A stretch of 64,000 nt of DNA, from the NCBI GenBank assembly GCA_000442015.1, contig KE560959.1, positions 62,001 through 126,000 of the forward strand. The letters run 5' to 3'. This DNA comes from Rozella allomycis CSF55 (Eukaryota). Under the pieces are notes generated by a model. It saw nothing but the letters and a program-made list of their open reading frames with translations, was not told the DNA's origin and did not search any database. Position numbers and translations under genes: made by a program. Of this stretch, positions 23,525-36,264 are shown in pieces. Numbering within the stretch: position 1 is the first letter of the stretch; every line of letters begins with the position of its first letter.

Positions 23525-25375
23525 TTAAGCTTCTGTATCTTGAATTGATGTTATGTCACTCAGCTCCCTGTCATCTTGATTCAAGTCCAGAGCATGAAGT
23601 GTCTCAGCGAAAAAATCCTGTAATTAACAATGACGAACTATTACAGATGTTCTGCGCACTTTAGAGCGATCATCCAAAATTGAGGAACCGTCATTCTTCG
23701 TAACCGACTTCCCAGTGAGCGGCTTCGATGCAGGAAGTCGGGGTTTTCCAGTAGCAATAGCATCATATACATTTCCTTTCTTTGATTGTAAAGTGAACGA
23801 AGATCCACTAACTGAAGCAGCACTTCCTGGCCTGTTTTGATTCACATTCGTTTGATTGTTTTCCATTTGGATAATAATGTTCCCTCCGCATTTTATGTCG
23901 GCCTGTACGTCTATAACGTCTCTAAAAAATCTAAAAGCGTGTAATTCTGATCTTATTTGAAGGTGTCGACCCCAGTTTAACAGAAACTGTGTAGGATCCC
24001 CACCACTTTGTTGGTACTTGAGAAATTCTTCAAGTCGATGAATTTCAAATAGCTGTCGATACAATTCACATTCATCTCCTTTTAGTACAGTTAACTACTC
24101 CCAAAATTTATGTTATCATACTTTCTTTTTTGTGACTATCTTCAGTTCAGCTAGCGCCTTTTTATACAAATCATCTATTTGTTGTTTAATTTCAGCAGAA
24201 TTTTTTTCGACTAATTTGGCTCTTGCTGCAATACAATTCAATTGATTTTCTATTGACGATTTTCTTGCATGCAAGATTGGATCTGGAGCTAAAGAATTTT
24301 CATAGACACTCTTATAAGCCTCTTGAACACTGACCAGCTTGTGCTTTGCCGATTCCCCCGAGGAATGATGACCAACCATTTTGCAATGAACACAAACCGG
24401 GACATGACACTGGGGACAAAAGAACTCTACCGCCTTATCTGCATGGTGTCGGCAATTCCCGAATACTTCTGGGCCCTGTATTCAAATTCCATAGGTTTTA
24501 CCTGACCAATAGGAGTCCTTGTATGGCGGCTAGTCAACTTCGAGTTGTGTAATGTGACATCACATGCATGACATAAATAGGCAGAATCTGCAGTGCAATA
24601 AACACTCGCAACGGACTTTTCACAGTTATCGCAATAGTTTTTCTACAAATTCGGCGTTAAACAAAGTATTACGTCCCTAGACTTCTTTTCTAAGTTGGGA
24701 TCGAATTCAAAGGTAATAATGTATAAGGGAAGAACCTATTGAAAGCAGCTATAACATATACTTGTGTTGAATCTTTTAAAATGTACTCTTGATAGTAATC
24801 CTGATCAATGTCATCTCCCTTTTGAGGAGGGGCTTCCTGTAATTTATCTACAATCTCTTACAGAAAAGGAATATTACTTCCATTGTAAAATGAATCATAG
24901 CCATCCGGCAAAGTCCCTATTTTTGCGTATTCTTCATCTGCAAAATAGGACCTGCCAACTCCAATTTTTGCAAGAAGAACCTTTTTAACAATCTTTTTCC
25001 CAGTCATAATATCTCAAGTTTACAATATACCATGCAAATTACCATTTTTATATAGGGGTCTTAAGGAGCCAACGGCAAATTTATGGCCACCACCGTTGGT
25101 AAATTGAAAACCGTTTTTGATTATTTCCTCCTCCGTGTTTGGGGAAGATAAAGATTCCATGTCCACCCATGAATCCAATACAAGCATATCCTTTAAAGGC
25201 TCTAATGTATTCATACTTGGCATTTATTTTCAAATGAAACAGTAAGATGAGGATTGGATAAGGCATATGCATTTACTATTCTTGCTGTTGTTCCTTTAAT
25301 TGATATTTGCAGGAAATATTCTAAGAATGAAAAAGAACTAGAAGCAGTGGTTAATTGCGTTTTGTCTGTAGACAT
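23525..25375 (-). CDS. Tandem B-box zinc-finger and coiled-coil protein
   Basis: CDNC...VYCTADSAYLCHACD...H and CRHH...FFCPQCHVPVCVHCK...H; upstream exons joined by inference. Confidence 0.75.
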
Positions 25376-25381
25376 TGTTTA

Positions 25382-27246
25382 TCAAAAACAAATAAATTTC
25401 AAACATGATAAAACGAATTTTATTAGACTTTTAAATTTCACGATCAGGCAAGTTAATTATATGCTTTAATCTATGAGTTTCGGCTGAAATAAGGGATTCA
25501 TCATCAATATTTTTCATATATTCTAAATATCGACGTTTGAAATCGTTTACCTGTAATTATGTCTCTTATATAAAATAAATCAAAACCTTTTGATGTTAAT
25601 TCTTGTAATATGAAATCAATAAGCTAAAGAAGGCAAAAACAAATGTGTACTTGATTATTTCCTGATTCTATTAGGTAAGCAATTATCAGATCAATCATCT
25701 GAAGTGTAAAAAGTCCAGATTCTAGCCTCCTGAGATAGTAGGTTTCTTCAATTTCATCATCATCAAGTTCATTTTCAAGATCCTTTGATTGAAAGCAATA
25801 AAGTTTACTTTTATTTCCTTTTCGATTTCCACGTCTTTATCAATCATTTTTTGATAGTAGACGGAGTGTAAATGAACAAGTTGGACTACTTTTTCGAAAT
25901 TGTTTTCAGTAAATTTTGCTAGTAGCCTCAAATAGTTTAAATCTTCCTTATTTTCCAATAAATTTCGAAAAAGACTGACGATGATCGTCATTACATGTTC
26001 TTCTAATTGGCTTTCTGAAAACCCTTTATATTTCTTTGCTAATTTTTTGGTATTTTTCTTCATAAAGAAAGAAAAGAGAGGACCGAGTCCTCCTATTTCA
26101 ACTAGCTTTTCACAATTGGCTTTTCCTTCATCATTTGCTAATGCGAAATCTATAACTTTAATCGCTCTTATCCCAGGAAGATTTTTTTCCCTTTAAAATT
26201 TCTTTGAATAAAAATTACTTTATAATGATATTCATGAGCTCAATTCCTTCCAATTCATTAAACCTTCGCTTCGAATTATTTTCCATCAACAAGGAACAAA
26301 GACAGTTGAAAATATTCTCCATAAATTCTGTCTCTTCTCCATCACGAGGATCTCTTTTCTTGAAAATTGACAAAATCTTAAGAAATGTTTCTATTCCATT
26401 TAATTCTATCACCTTCAATCGAGGAACATGACTGTCCTGCAAAATGATGGACAGCAACTCGCTTGCATATTGTTTATTTGAATCAATCTGTTTTAATTCT
26501 ATTCTTCTTAAAAGCCATTCAATTAAACTCGTGTCTTTAGCAATCATATTATTCACTTTAGGTTGAATAGCGACCAAATTCTCAAAAATGCTCAACGTAT
26601 TAAATACTCCTTGCTTTTCTTCTTCAATCTCTTCATTTAATCTTTCAAGATTTTCAGAAAATAATCGTAGCGCGTGAGCATTTATCTATTGCATTGTTAC
26701 GTTCCACATTACCAGGCCCTCGACAAATATAGTGATAGTTTCTTCATCTTGATCCCCGTACGAGTCCTCATCCAAAATTTCATTAAATAGATCAATTATG
26801 GAAACTGATATGTCCGAATTTTCATGCGTCAGTAATCCAAGCATAGTTTCAACTGTATTTAAGTTAATTAGATCAGGTAAATTTTGTGGTGAAGATGCAA
26901 AAACAGTCAATTTTTTTATTGCACTGTCTAAGGCAGATTCAGAATCTAAAAACCTTTTCAAAATTGTTTCAAAATATTACTTTTGTGGATCATCACTGTA
27001 CTTTGCTCTCATTTCTTGGTTTTTAGCTACTGCTTTTTCAAATCTCAGGATTATTTTTTTGAAATCAAGCATTTCCACCTTTTATATCATCATAACATAA
27101 ATTACATTGGTGTTTTCCACATATTCTTGAATTTCTTCAGATAAGTTCAACTTTTTGCTTTGCTCATTTTCATCATAAAGCTCATTCCCTTTTCTTTTCA
27201 AAGACTTCTTTTTAAGATAAATATTTTCACCTACCTGATCAAACAT
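25382..27246 (-). CDS. CTNNBL1: Beta-catenin-like protein 1 (PRP19 complex)
   Basis: [64 protein letters not shown]. Confidence 0.93.
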
Positions 27247-27278
27247 TCCACAAAACGAATTTTACAAAGTTGCTCTAT

Positions 27279-27622
27279 ATGTCAGACACTGGTTTAGCTC
27301 AAATTTTACCTTTAGAATTAATAGATAAGTGTATAGGATCAAAAATTTGTGCCTTATTAAAGGGAAATAAGGAAGTGAGCGGCACTCTCTTGGGATTTGA
27401 CGACTTTGTTAGTAAGCGAAAATATTTTTCGTAACTCAAGATATGGTGCTGTCTGATGTAACTGAAGTGTAAATTAATATTTTTATTTAGACAGTGAACA
27501 AACAGTAGAAGGCAAGAAGATTACAAAAATGGACCAAATTTTATTGAACGGTAATCAAATATGTATGGTAAAATATTTCACTGCGATTAATTTAGCTTAT
27601 ACCTGGCGCTGACGAGCTGTAG
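27279..27622 (+). CDS. LSM5: Sm-like protein Lsm5
   Basis: [13 protein letters not shown]...[14 protein letters not shown]...[14 protein letters not shown]; three introns; not in the ORF track. Confidence 0.93.
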
Positions 27623-27658
27623 GAATGCAAGTTAATCTCAGCCACCAAAATAAATTTC

Positions 27659-28239
27659 ATGTCTATTTTACCTATTAATGTCGAATATTGCAAAAGTATA
27701 CGTTTATTTATTAATCAAATAGACTGTACAATGCCATTAGAGTATTGTGAATTCTCTGGTAGTCTTCCCAAGTGTAAGAATATATTACAAAAGGAGAATC
27801 CTCAAAAATTTGCAGAATTGTATGGTGAAGTCGACCAAACAAAAGAAGATACCAAAGAGACGGAAGGAAACAATGAAAAGGTAAATGCTTCAAAGAAAAA
27901 GACTGCAAAAGTTCCAGCCATTGATAAAGTCCTCTTCAAAGTGGAACAACGATCATTTAAGAAGAATGTGACTGTGATTTCTAATCTTGAAAAATTTGGT
28001 ACAACACAAGTTTGATTTCAATAGGTATTGATCTAAAAAAAGCGGCCAAAAGATTCGCCAACAGGTTTGCATGCGGATCAACTGTTGCAAAAAACGCCCA
28101 AGGAAGGGAAGAAATTGTTGTTCAAGGAGACGTTGGTGATAATTTGGAAACATTTTTAATGAAAGAATTCGCGAAAGAGCTTAACAACATTGAAATAGAA
28201 GAAATAGTCGAAGAAAAGAAGAAGAAAGGATCTGAATAA
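27659..28239 (+). CDS. TMA22: Density-regulated protein (SUI1 domain)
   Basis: CTMPLEYCEF, AAKRFANRFACGSTV, EIVVQGD. Confidence 0.92.
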
Positions 28240-28275
28240 ATCAACATAAAATAAACTTATGCGTAAAAAATATAT

Positions 28276-28882
28276 TTATTTTCCTACACGACGAGCCTTG
28301 CGTTCATCAACAATTTCTTCTTGAACAACTGAGACACCGGTAAGATTTTCAATTCCCATGGATTTGAGCAACTCTTCAGTGGTGCTATCAATTTGAATAC
28401 TGCTTGTATCCAAAGCAGAGATTTCAGGAACATAGTTGTCCTTCTTTTCACGTTCTTCTTCTTGCAATTTGAATGAAATTCCACGAACTGGTCCTTTTTG
28501 AATACGTTTCATCAAGTGGGTGGTAAAACCAGCAATTTTGTTTCTCAAACGCTTTGTAGAGATACTTAATTAATCTTAAGGTATAGACTTACACAGCAAC
28601 TTCGTCGCAAATACGTTTGTTGGTTTGGAAATCAAGAGTAAGTCTTGGATAGTATTTTTCAATAAGAACACGTGAAGCTCTCTTAACAGTCTTTGTACGA
28701 ACGCGACCCTAATGTTAAATGTTCGTTTGAGTGCAATATATTATGTAAAGCGTGCACAGCAAGACAGTTTATATAGCATTTTTTCTACGCTAGTTGACTA
28801 TAAAATAAATCAACAAGTTCTAGGAAATGCGGAAAAGCGCTGTGCACTTAAAGAAGAGTCTGTAGTGCTAATGCCTTACCAT
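28276..28882 (-). CDS. RPS17: 40S ribosomal protein eS17
   Basis: [13 protein letters not shown]...[36 protein letters not shown]-only first exon and 171-nt first intron. Confidence 0.97.
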
Positions 28883-29120
28883 TTTTTTCTAAAGGGAGGC
28901 GCAGTTGAAAAATTCGTTAGTCAAGGGTCGATTTTCTGAAATTTTAAAAAAGATATGAACCAGTTAGATCATTATTGTTATGTTTACTGACACTTTGAGC
29001 CTTGTAAGGAAAAAATAGACATCCTAAAGTCGCATTCTTACGCGCTCGAAACCTTAAGAATAATAATTACTTCAACTATGTTTTAAAAAACTACATAAAT
29101 AATATTCAATTAATTTCTAT

Positions 29121-30675
29121 TTATATAAGCAATGGACTATCTATGACACCATACCCAGCTGCGACACCACCCTCGTTAACTCCTTGTGATTTACTTCGAA
29201 GCAAGTGGCCGATTACTTTGTTCTCTAAAATTTGATTAGAATTTCTATGTCCAATAATGATTTGCATTTTACTTTATGAAAACTCCATAAATTCCTAATT
29301 CTGAAATCAAGTTGGCCTTCATAACTTTCCCATCTTTAATGATATAGTTTAGAAAAGGCTTTGTGTTTATCAATTCCATTAAAACATATGAAGAGAATGA
29401 ATCATCATTGAGGGAATTTAGGAATGGTAAAATGTCTTTGCCGTATATGTTGTTTCCACCACCCTCTCTCTGAGGTTTTAGAACAAGGCTTTCAGGGTTT
29501 TTCGAAACTATAGAAATTAGTTCTTCTTTTGTATCAAAAGAATGAAATTTCATAAATGACGAACGAATGAATTTTGCCTCGTTGGGTTGTAAATATCTTT
29601 TTAAAGGCAAACCGGCCTCTTACTTTTCAACTGTATTTTCTTGGCATAAAATTTCTTGAATTTTCTTGAATCCAATTAAAGTATACGCAATATTTGGACA
29701 TGAAATTGCCGTTGATTTTTCGATCATTTCTCTTGCTCGCCATTCCTTATCGGTCGGAAAGTCATTAGGCGAATATCCAGCTCGGAAATAAACAATTGAA
29801 ATTTCAGTTTCATTTCTTTTATCACATGATTTTGTTATTACATTAAAAGGGATCCATTTGAACTGATAGATCCATGTTCATCGACTTCCGTCAAGGTTCG
29901 CCTAATTAGTTTTATGTTATGTCTAATAAAACTAGCCTTGCGCGTTACTTTTCAAAAAGACGATTTTCGATAAACCTTTGGTCAAAAACGTTTCTTTCAA
30001 ATGGTTGAACAACCATGAGTACATTTGCTCTGTGTCTTTAATACATCATTTAGTTACTTTTCGTTACCATACGCCTTAAATGCTGTTGCAATACCGTCGG
30101 CGATGCCGATCAATGAATTATTGTCAGGTAAACAACCAGTAAATTTAGATTCGAAATCATATCTTTTTTGAATGAACCTTTACATTACAATAAATAAAAT
30201 TACTTATGAAGTTTGGTAACCAAACCTGATAAGCATGCGAATGATGCCGCAATAGTATTGTATTCAACCTGCTTCAATTCAACGCGACCACTATCGCTGA
30301 CGTGTTCCATGTAATCCGTACGAATAACTGCAAACGTAATAGGCTATAATATGATAGCATCTATATTTCTACATTATTTCCATCCGGATATTTCTTGTAT
30401 ATTTGAAAAAGGCGATTAACAAAGGCATCAACCTTGCTTATTGGCTCGAAAATGGAAAATATAAATTCCTTATCTGTTGACATCTTATCAATAAGTTTGT
30501 GAATTAAATATTGCAATTCAATAGATTTTTGGTACATATCCTTGTGTATAGTAGAAGGAAATACGCTAATAGGGGCGTGAACAGCTTGAGCAAAGTTTGT
30601 TGTCGCACGTAAACAAAGTCCATTTCGAAGACACCAGTCTATTGTGTCTTGAACAAATTCCAAACTTAATTCCAT
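29121..30675 (-). CDS. GSH2: Glutathione synthetase (eukaryotic type)
   Basis: HAPISVFPS, RTDYM, KQVEYNTIAASF, YFRAGYSP, LKPQREGGGNN, GGVAAG. Confidence 0.95.
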
Positions 30676-30692
30676 ATCGACTGCGCCCTTGT

Positions 30693-31258
30693 ATGAAATC
30701 CCTGAACGAAGAGGTAGCAAAATACTTATGTCAGAAGGATAACAATATAAATCAATTATTAGGTACCATGATTTTAAATACAGCTTAGAATTTCTTGATA
30801 AACAAACAGATCCAATTTCAAAATCGTCCAGATATATACTCTTTTTGTTTTGTCTGCGGCAATACACGAAATCGAAAAATATCGTGCTGATACCAGCTGT
30901 TATTTCTTATTTATTAATTTTGGTAATGGACATCCATCCAAACTGTTCCTGGCATGCTAATATATTCAAAAGAATTATTTTTCCATTAGCTATCGAGGTA
31001 ATTTACATTTCAATTTAAAAGTAGCACATTAATCATATATTTAAGTCATCTGATTTTGAGCCGTCGAAATGTTTGTCGATGATAAATATGTACTTTCCAG
31101 TAGAAAACGCCACCATTCCTAATGAACTAAGGAAACTTTGTCTTGAAAGCTACGTGGAAAGAAAAATAATAGAGAACGACACGGACAAGGTCAGAGACTC
31201 ACTCATTTCCTTCTTAAATTGGTTTGAAAATACGTTAACACAGTCGAAACTTGTTTGA
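30693..31258 (+). CDS. Hypothetical spliced protein
   Basis: Three short reading frames joinable through GT-AG micro-introns. Confidence 0.4.
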
Positions 31259-31279
31259 AATTTCTAAATAAACTATAAA

Positions 31280-31956
31280 ATGTATACATTGTTCAAAGGG
31301 TTGTATTCACTTATAACTCAGAGAGAAGAATATAATATACTGATAATAGGAATAGATAACGCAGGAAAGACCACTTTGCTCGAAAAAATTAAATCCAGAT
31401 ATTCCCCTAAAGGTGGGTTACCTCCTGAGAAAATTGTCCCTACGATTGGGTTAAATTGTAAAAATAACAAAATTTTATTTATTAGTTGCAAATATCTTCT
31501 TTAAAGGTTACAAACTTCACTTTTGGGATCTTGGTGGCCAAGAAGAGATAAGGAGATTATGGACCACCTACTACAAAGAATGTCATGGTGTATTTTTTGT
31601 GATAGATTCGACAGATAAATCAAGGTTAATGGAAGTTCAGAATTCTTTCGGTAAACTATGTCTCGCTTCCACATAGAATCCTTAATTTTGCATCATGAAG
31701 CGGATGGTGTTCCAGTAATTCTGATAGCAAATAAGCAAGACAAAGGAAATTCAATGAAAATTGTTGAAATAAAAGAAGTTTTCAATAAAATTGCAATGGT
31801 TATAGACGCTCGTGAGAGCACAGTTCTTGACGTTTCTGCAATCACTGGGTAATATATGCATTTTTGGAATAGAGTCATAATATAGAAGAAGCCTTGAATT
31901 GGATTTTAGATCGCGTACTAAAAAACCGAAAGGTGCGACCACCAAACTACTCTTAA
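31280..31956 (+). CDS. ARFRP1: ARF-related GTPase ARFRP1 (yeast Arl3 type)
   Basis: MYTLFKGLY, GIDNAGKTT, PTIGLN, WDLGGQ, ANKQD. Confidence 0.93.
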
Positions 31957-31991
31957 TAAATTAACCGTTTGCTACGCCACTTTTATATATC

Positions 31992-32620
31992 ATGCCATTT
32001 TCTGTGTTTTTGAACGTTTATGACATGGTATTAATATATATGTTTTTAAATATAGTCTCCATCTAATCATTTTCTATATCGCCTTGGCCTAGGGGTTTAT
32101 CATACCGGAGTAGAATTAATGGGAACCGGTATAGAGTGATCTATGGCGTAATTATAGAATATTGTTTTGGAGGGCATCCTTATAAATTTTCTGGTGTCTT
32201 CGAAACTGTTCCTCGCGTAGGTCCTCCAGGAGTTTTTTTCAGAGAAAGTATTTTTATGGGCTATATTGAAAAAGACGACGATGACATAGTCAACGTCATT
32301 AGGAGTATCATGATCGAATATTCGGGAAAATCATACAACCTTTTAAAAAGGTATATATATATACAGGTCTTTTTCATAGAAATTGTAATCATTTTTCTGA
32401 AGATCTAGTCTATCGTTTGACAGATAATAAAACACCTAGATGGATTAATAGATTAGCATATATTGGTAGCTGGTTTCCATGCTTAGTACCAGATATGCGA
32501 TCACCAGTTGAATCCGAATATGCAGAAGACGAAAGAGCACCATTAGCGATTGTCAGTGATTCAGCTGCTGTTCGTCCATTATTGCCCTCAAACTCAACAA
32601 TTTCATCATTTACTGCATGA
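31992..32620 (+). CDS. PPPDE/DeSI family peptidase
   Basis: VFLNVYD, GVYHTGVE, EYCFGGH, YNLLK-NCNHF, PRWINRLA. Confidence 0.92.
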
Positions 32621-32649
32621 TAAGAAATAAATTACCCATAAGCATAAAT

Positions 32650-32915
32650 TAGTATGAGCCCGATCCATTAATTTCCATGCATTGAAGATAATCATCTTGC
32701 CGATGACGAGNCTAGTATGAGCTCGATCCATTAATTTCCATGCATTGAAGATAATCATCTTGCCGATGACGAGAGTAAATATCACTCCACACATGAGTGA
32801 GAATCTTTATAGCTAATCTTCTCACTGAGGCACACTACAAATCTAGTTGTCTGCCTGACGAGACTTCTACTTCATAACCACAATTATATTTAAAGTTAGT
32901 ATTTACGTTTATTGG
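32650..32915 (-). ncRNA. Candidate structured RNA, RNase MRP/P-like
   Basis: GAAGUCUCG ... CG(A/G)GCUCAUAC can form a P4-like helix with bulged U; four consecutive hairpins between; part duplicated around N at 32711. Confidence 0.4.
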
Positions 32916-33080
32916 CAACTCATTCAATTACTATTCTATTCACGTTTTCTTATATCGCTGTCTTAAATGTACGAAGCGTCATTATACCAGTAGGATTTTT
33001 CTGATTTTATTGGAATACATCTTGTAAANTTGGCAACTCATTTAATTACTATTCTAATCACGTTTTCTTATATCGCTGTC

Positions 33081-33500
33081 TTAAATGTAGGAAGCCTCAT
33101 TATACCAGTAGGATTTTTCTGATTTTATTGGAATACATCTTGTAAATTCGCAGGCATAGCATAGGAAAATTATAGAATCAGATTTAACATCAACGCTACA
33201 TGTTTGACCTGGCACCAACATGGAACAGCATTTTTTGCATATGGTTCTTTTTGTGTGTGGAGCACTAATGAAACCTGCAATATTTAATTACATCCGCATC
33301 AAAGATCGCTTTTTTACTTGATCCATAACATTCGAATAAAACTGACTTAAAGGTTGCATATTTTCGTCTATATTTATAGCCCATAGAGAAGCTTGATAAA
33401 GAAAATTTAATCTCTTAGCGGGTACATTTGTAACACTTCGATGTTTTTTATCACCCTTTTTGCATCTTTTGTCTTTCTTTTCGTTATAGGTTTCATTCAT
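33081..33500 (-). CDS. RNase P/MRP subunit, Rpr2/Rpp21/Snm1 family
   Basis: RLNFLYQAS, KRTICKKC..MLVPG, second CxxC (CYAC); one intron. Confidence 0.9.
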
Positions 33501-33528
33501 GTGGCTAAGCAAGTAGCAAATTACTGAC

Positions 33529-34581
33529 ATGTTATTTTATGATTGTATTTTAAGGTTATCATTAATTTCATTGCTGGTAGCAAATGCCAGGGGTTCAGAT
33601 ACGAATTCGTTTTACTGTGTCATAAACATAACGTACCCTGACAATGACATGGCACCTTTAATTGAAACAGACAGTTTATCTACAATGTCTTACTCGACTT
33701 TTACGACTGCTAATGAATACCCTAGTTCAATTAGATCCTTTGCTAAACGGAAGTGGCTAAAGAAAAGAGGTAGAAAGGTTTTAGAATTGGCTAGTTTAAA
33801 GTCTCATTATAATGTCTATATACTATATTACCAGCGATTTTTTAAAAATATTAATGAATGGAATTTAAAATACTGGCAAAAATCTATCTTGGCGGGTACT
33901 TTGGCGTTTTTTATTTTGCCGTTTTCAGCTTCCCTGCTGGGGGCATTCGCTTTTGGAATTACTGCAAATTATATAAATGCAGATCCATTTAAAGCAGCTA
34001 GATCTGGATTAAAAATGTCACCATTGTTGCTCCTCATGAAGTATCTGTTCGTTTTTATCTATATATCATTTATAGAAGCCACGAACTCGAAGATTATAAA
34101 AACTATTTTTCTATCAAGCTTCTTTGTGACATCATTTGTTGACTTATTCTCTTCTATACTATCTAGTCTTTATTCACAGTCCAATATCATTGCTTCATTT
34201 CAATACGGTTTATGTTTTGGTATTATGAAAAGTGTTTTTGTAAATCTCTTATCTTTAATAAAGGACGGTCGTGATCTACCATTTATGTTGCACCAGGTCG
34301 CTGTAACAAGTGCTGCTTGGCTTGCAACCCTCTATTCTTTCGATTCAAAATCCAACTGGGAAACTCCTAATGCTGCTGCTATATTAAGTTTCTTTGGTCA
34401 AGGTAGTAGTTTGCCTATCATTCAGTCGTTTTCTCTCTTGGAACATCCTGATGAAAAATGGATGAATGTTATAATAGAATGCACCTCCTTTTTAGTTCAA
34501 GCAATAGGGAACCTTTTTGCGTTAAAAAATTTCTACTCTTCTATGTCTAAAGGAAAAGTTCTGGATAAAATAGCCATTTGA
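33529..34581 (+). CDS. Hypothetical multi-pass membrane protein
   Basis: 350-codon ORF with several hydrophobic segments; true start may be later (about 33647). Confidence 0.6.
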   Translation: MLFYDCILRLSLISLLVANARGSDTNSFYCVINITYPDNDMAPLIETDSLSTMSYSTFTTANEYPSSIRSFAKRKWLKKRGRKVLELASLKSHYNVYILYYQRFFKNINEWNLKYWQKSILAGTLAFFILPFSASLLGAFAFGITANYINADPFKAARSGLKMSPLLLLMKYLFVFIYISFIEATNSKIIKTIFLSSFFVTSFVDLFSSILSSLYSQSNIIASFQYGLCFGIMKSVFVNLLSLIKDGRDLPFMLHQVAVTSAAWLATLYSFDSKSNWETPNAAAILSFFGQGSSLPIIQSFSLLEHPDEKWMNVIIECTSFLVQAIGNLFALKNFYSSMSKGKVLDKIAI

Positions 34582-34741
34582 GTCCTTAGAGCATTAAACA
34601 AACGAAAATAAATTCATCATTCTACATATTGTGATATTTGATAATTGTATTTAGGAGCCCAATTTTCCTCACATATTTATAGAATATGTTTCAAAATTTA
34701 ACACCCCTGACTCCTGAGTGAAAAGGTTCTCCAAGTTAAAG

Positions 34742-35053
34742 ATGAATTCTTCTCTTAATATTTCTATCAAAGAAATGGAAATGTCGGATATATACCATAG
34801 TCCTTTTAGGCGCTCAAGCGAATCGTCAATTGGTTCAAATAAATCAGTAACTTTTGAAGAGAGTAGTATTATCCTCGAAACCTATTCTTCTACAGAATAC
34901 TCACGTTCTCCAAGTACCGCAACTTTTCACGAAGTTTTAAAAGATGCAAAAAAGCTACGTAAAGTTTATGGCGAATTGAATAAGTATAAAGAAAGGGAGA
35001 TGTTGGTGCACCCAATGTCGCTTAATAACACAAGATTTCACGATCTAAACTAG
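34742..35053 (+). CDS. Small protein with Bni4/Phactr-like PP1-binding C-terminus
   Basis: KSVTF (RVxF-type), TYSSTEYSR, ELNKYKEREMLVHPMS..NTRFH. Confidence 0.7.
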   Translation: MNSSLNISIKEMEMSDIYHSPFRRSSESSIGSNKSVTFEESSIILETYSSTEYSRSPSTATFHEVLKDAKKLRKVYGELNKYKEREMLVHPMSLNNTRFHDLN

Positions 35054-35138
35054 TCACACAGTATACACAATAAATAAATTTTGCGAGTTGATCCATTGAA
35101 TTGGCCTATTTTTACTTCATAATTCTCCGAATACACTC

Positions 35139-35405
35139 ATGAACGTCATCAGTAATGAAGAATTACAGAAGCACAATAAAAAGGGCGATTTGTGGTTAGC
35201 AATTGACAATACAGTGTATGATCTTACAGACTTCATGAATGAACACCCAGGAGGCGAAGAGCCGCTGTTGGAAAATGCGGGTAAATAGTGCTAAGAAATA
35301 TAAATATAAGGGAATGATGCAACCGTCGCATTCAATGATATGGGACATGGTGATTACCACAAGGGCGTACTAGAAAGATACAAAGTGGGTGTGCTAAGAA
35401 AATAA
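35139..35405 (+). CDS. Cytochrome b5, short form without membrane anchor
   Basis: WLAIDNTVYDLT, EHPGG, DAT..F...GH; one intron; not in the ORF track. Confidence 0.9.
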
Positions 35406-35423
35406 ATTCAATGATAATTTATG

Positions 35424-36254
35424 CTACAAGTCTAGTAAATCTTGAAGATGTGTATTCGAAATTTTCGTTCTCCTTTTTCTAGAGGGTGCTTTCTTTTCTT
35501 TGGTTGGTATAGTAGATTTCCGATTATCTGTTTCCTTGATCGACGAATGACCCAAAATTTCTAATTCATTCTGCAAGTCCAAATCTGTTGCAGGAACATT
35601 GATTGAATTCCATTTCTCTAAAAACATTTCGTCCACAGATTTCAAATGCGGTTTTGAGTTGTAGAAGATAACCTTTTCTTTGCTTGAGGTTATGCAGTAA
35701 ACCAAATTCGACTTCACTAAATCCTATTAATAAAATACTTGAAAGGCTACATCAACGGCGACATTTATATCAAATAAAACGTCATTTGCTATTCTAGTTA
35801 CTTCAAACCCCCCTTCTTTTGAAAGTTGACGAACAACTTGAAGCAATTGATCTCTTGTGCGAATTCCATATGCCGGCTATTTTTTCATGCAACCCCAACA
35901 TGTACCTCGAAAAGAAATTTTTCGTCTTTCATTCGAATCCTGTTACTTTGCATGAGTGCCTCCACTAGTTCCTTTGTCATTTTGATATTAAGCCTCTGAG
36001 CTATATCGTTTGCAGATAGTGGTGCTTTTATTTCTTTCAATAGTGAAAGAACTCTGATATAGTTGGTGTTAACGTGATGAGATTGCCCATCTGATGGCTC
36101 AAATGTAGCTTTGATGGGGTCTACGTTAATAATAAGTAATATGAATATTACAGACCGGTTTTTGACTTTGAACAGGCCTAAAATTTGGTAATATAGGCTG
36201 TTTTTTCAATGACTTTGCAAAAGCTTCCTTTTGCTGTTTGAGTGAAGAATTCAT
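35424..36254 (-). CDS. TFA2: Transcription factor TFIIE beta subunit
   Basis: Winged-helix core, VDEMFLEKWNSI, KISNTHL C-terminal motif. Confidence 0.85.
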
Positions 36255-36264
36255 AAATTTCCTA

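Noticed and set aside
32845-32880. CTGACGAG resembling a hammerhead ribozyme core
   Set aside because: No downstream stem II followed by GAAA.
32912-33150. About 117-bp tandem repeat at the Rpr2 3' end, and the ~60-bp repeat at 32651-32772
   Set aside because: Both are joined by an N; treated as allelic overlaps. Not a CRISPR array because there are no spacers.
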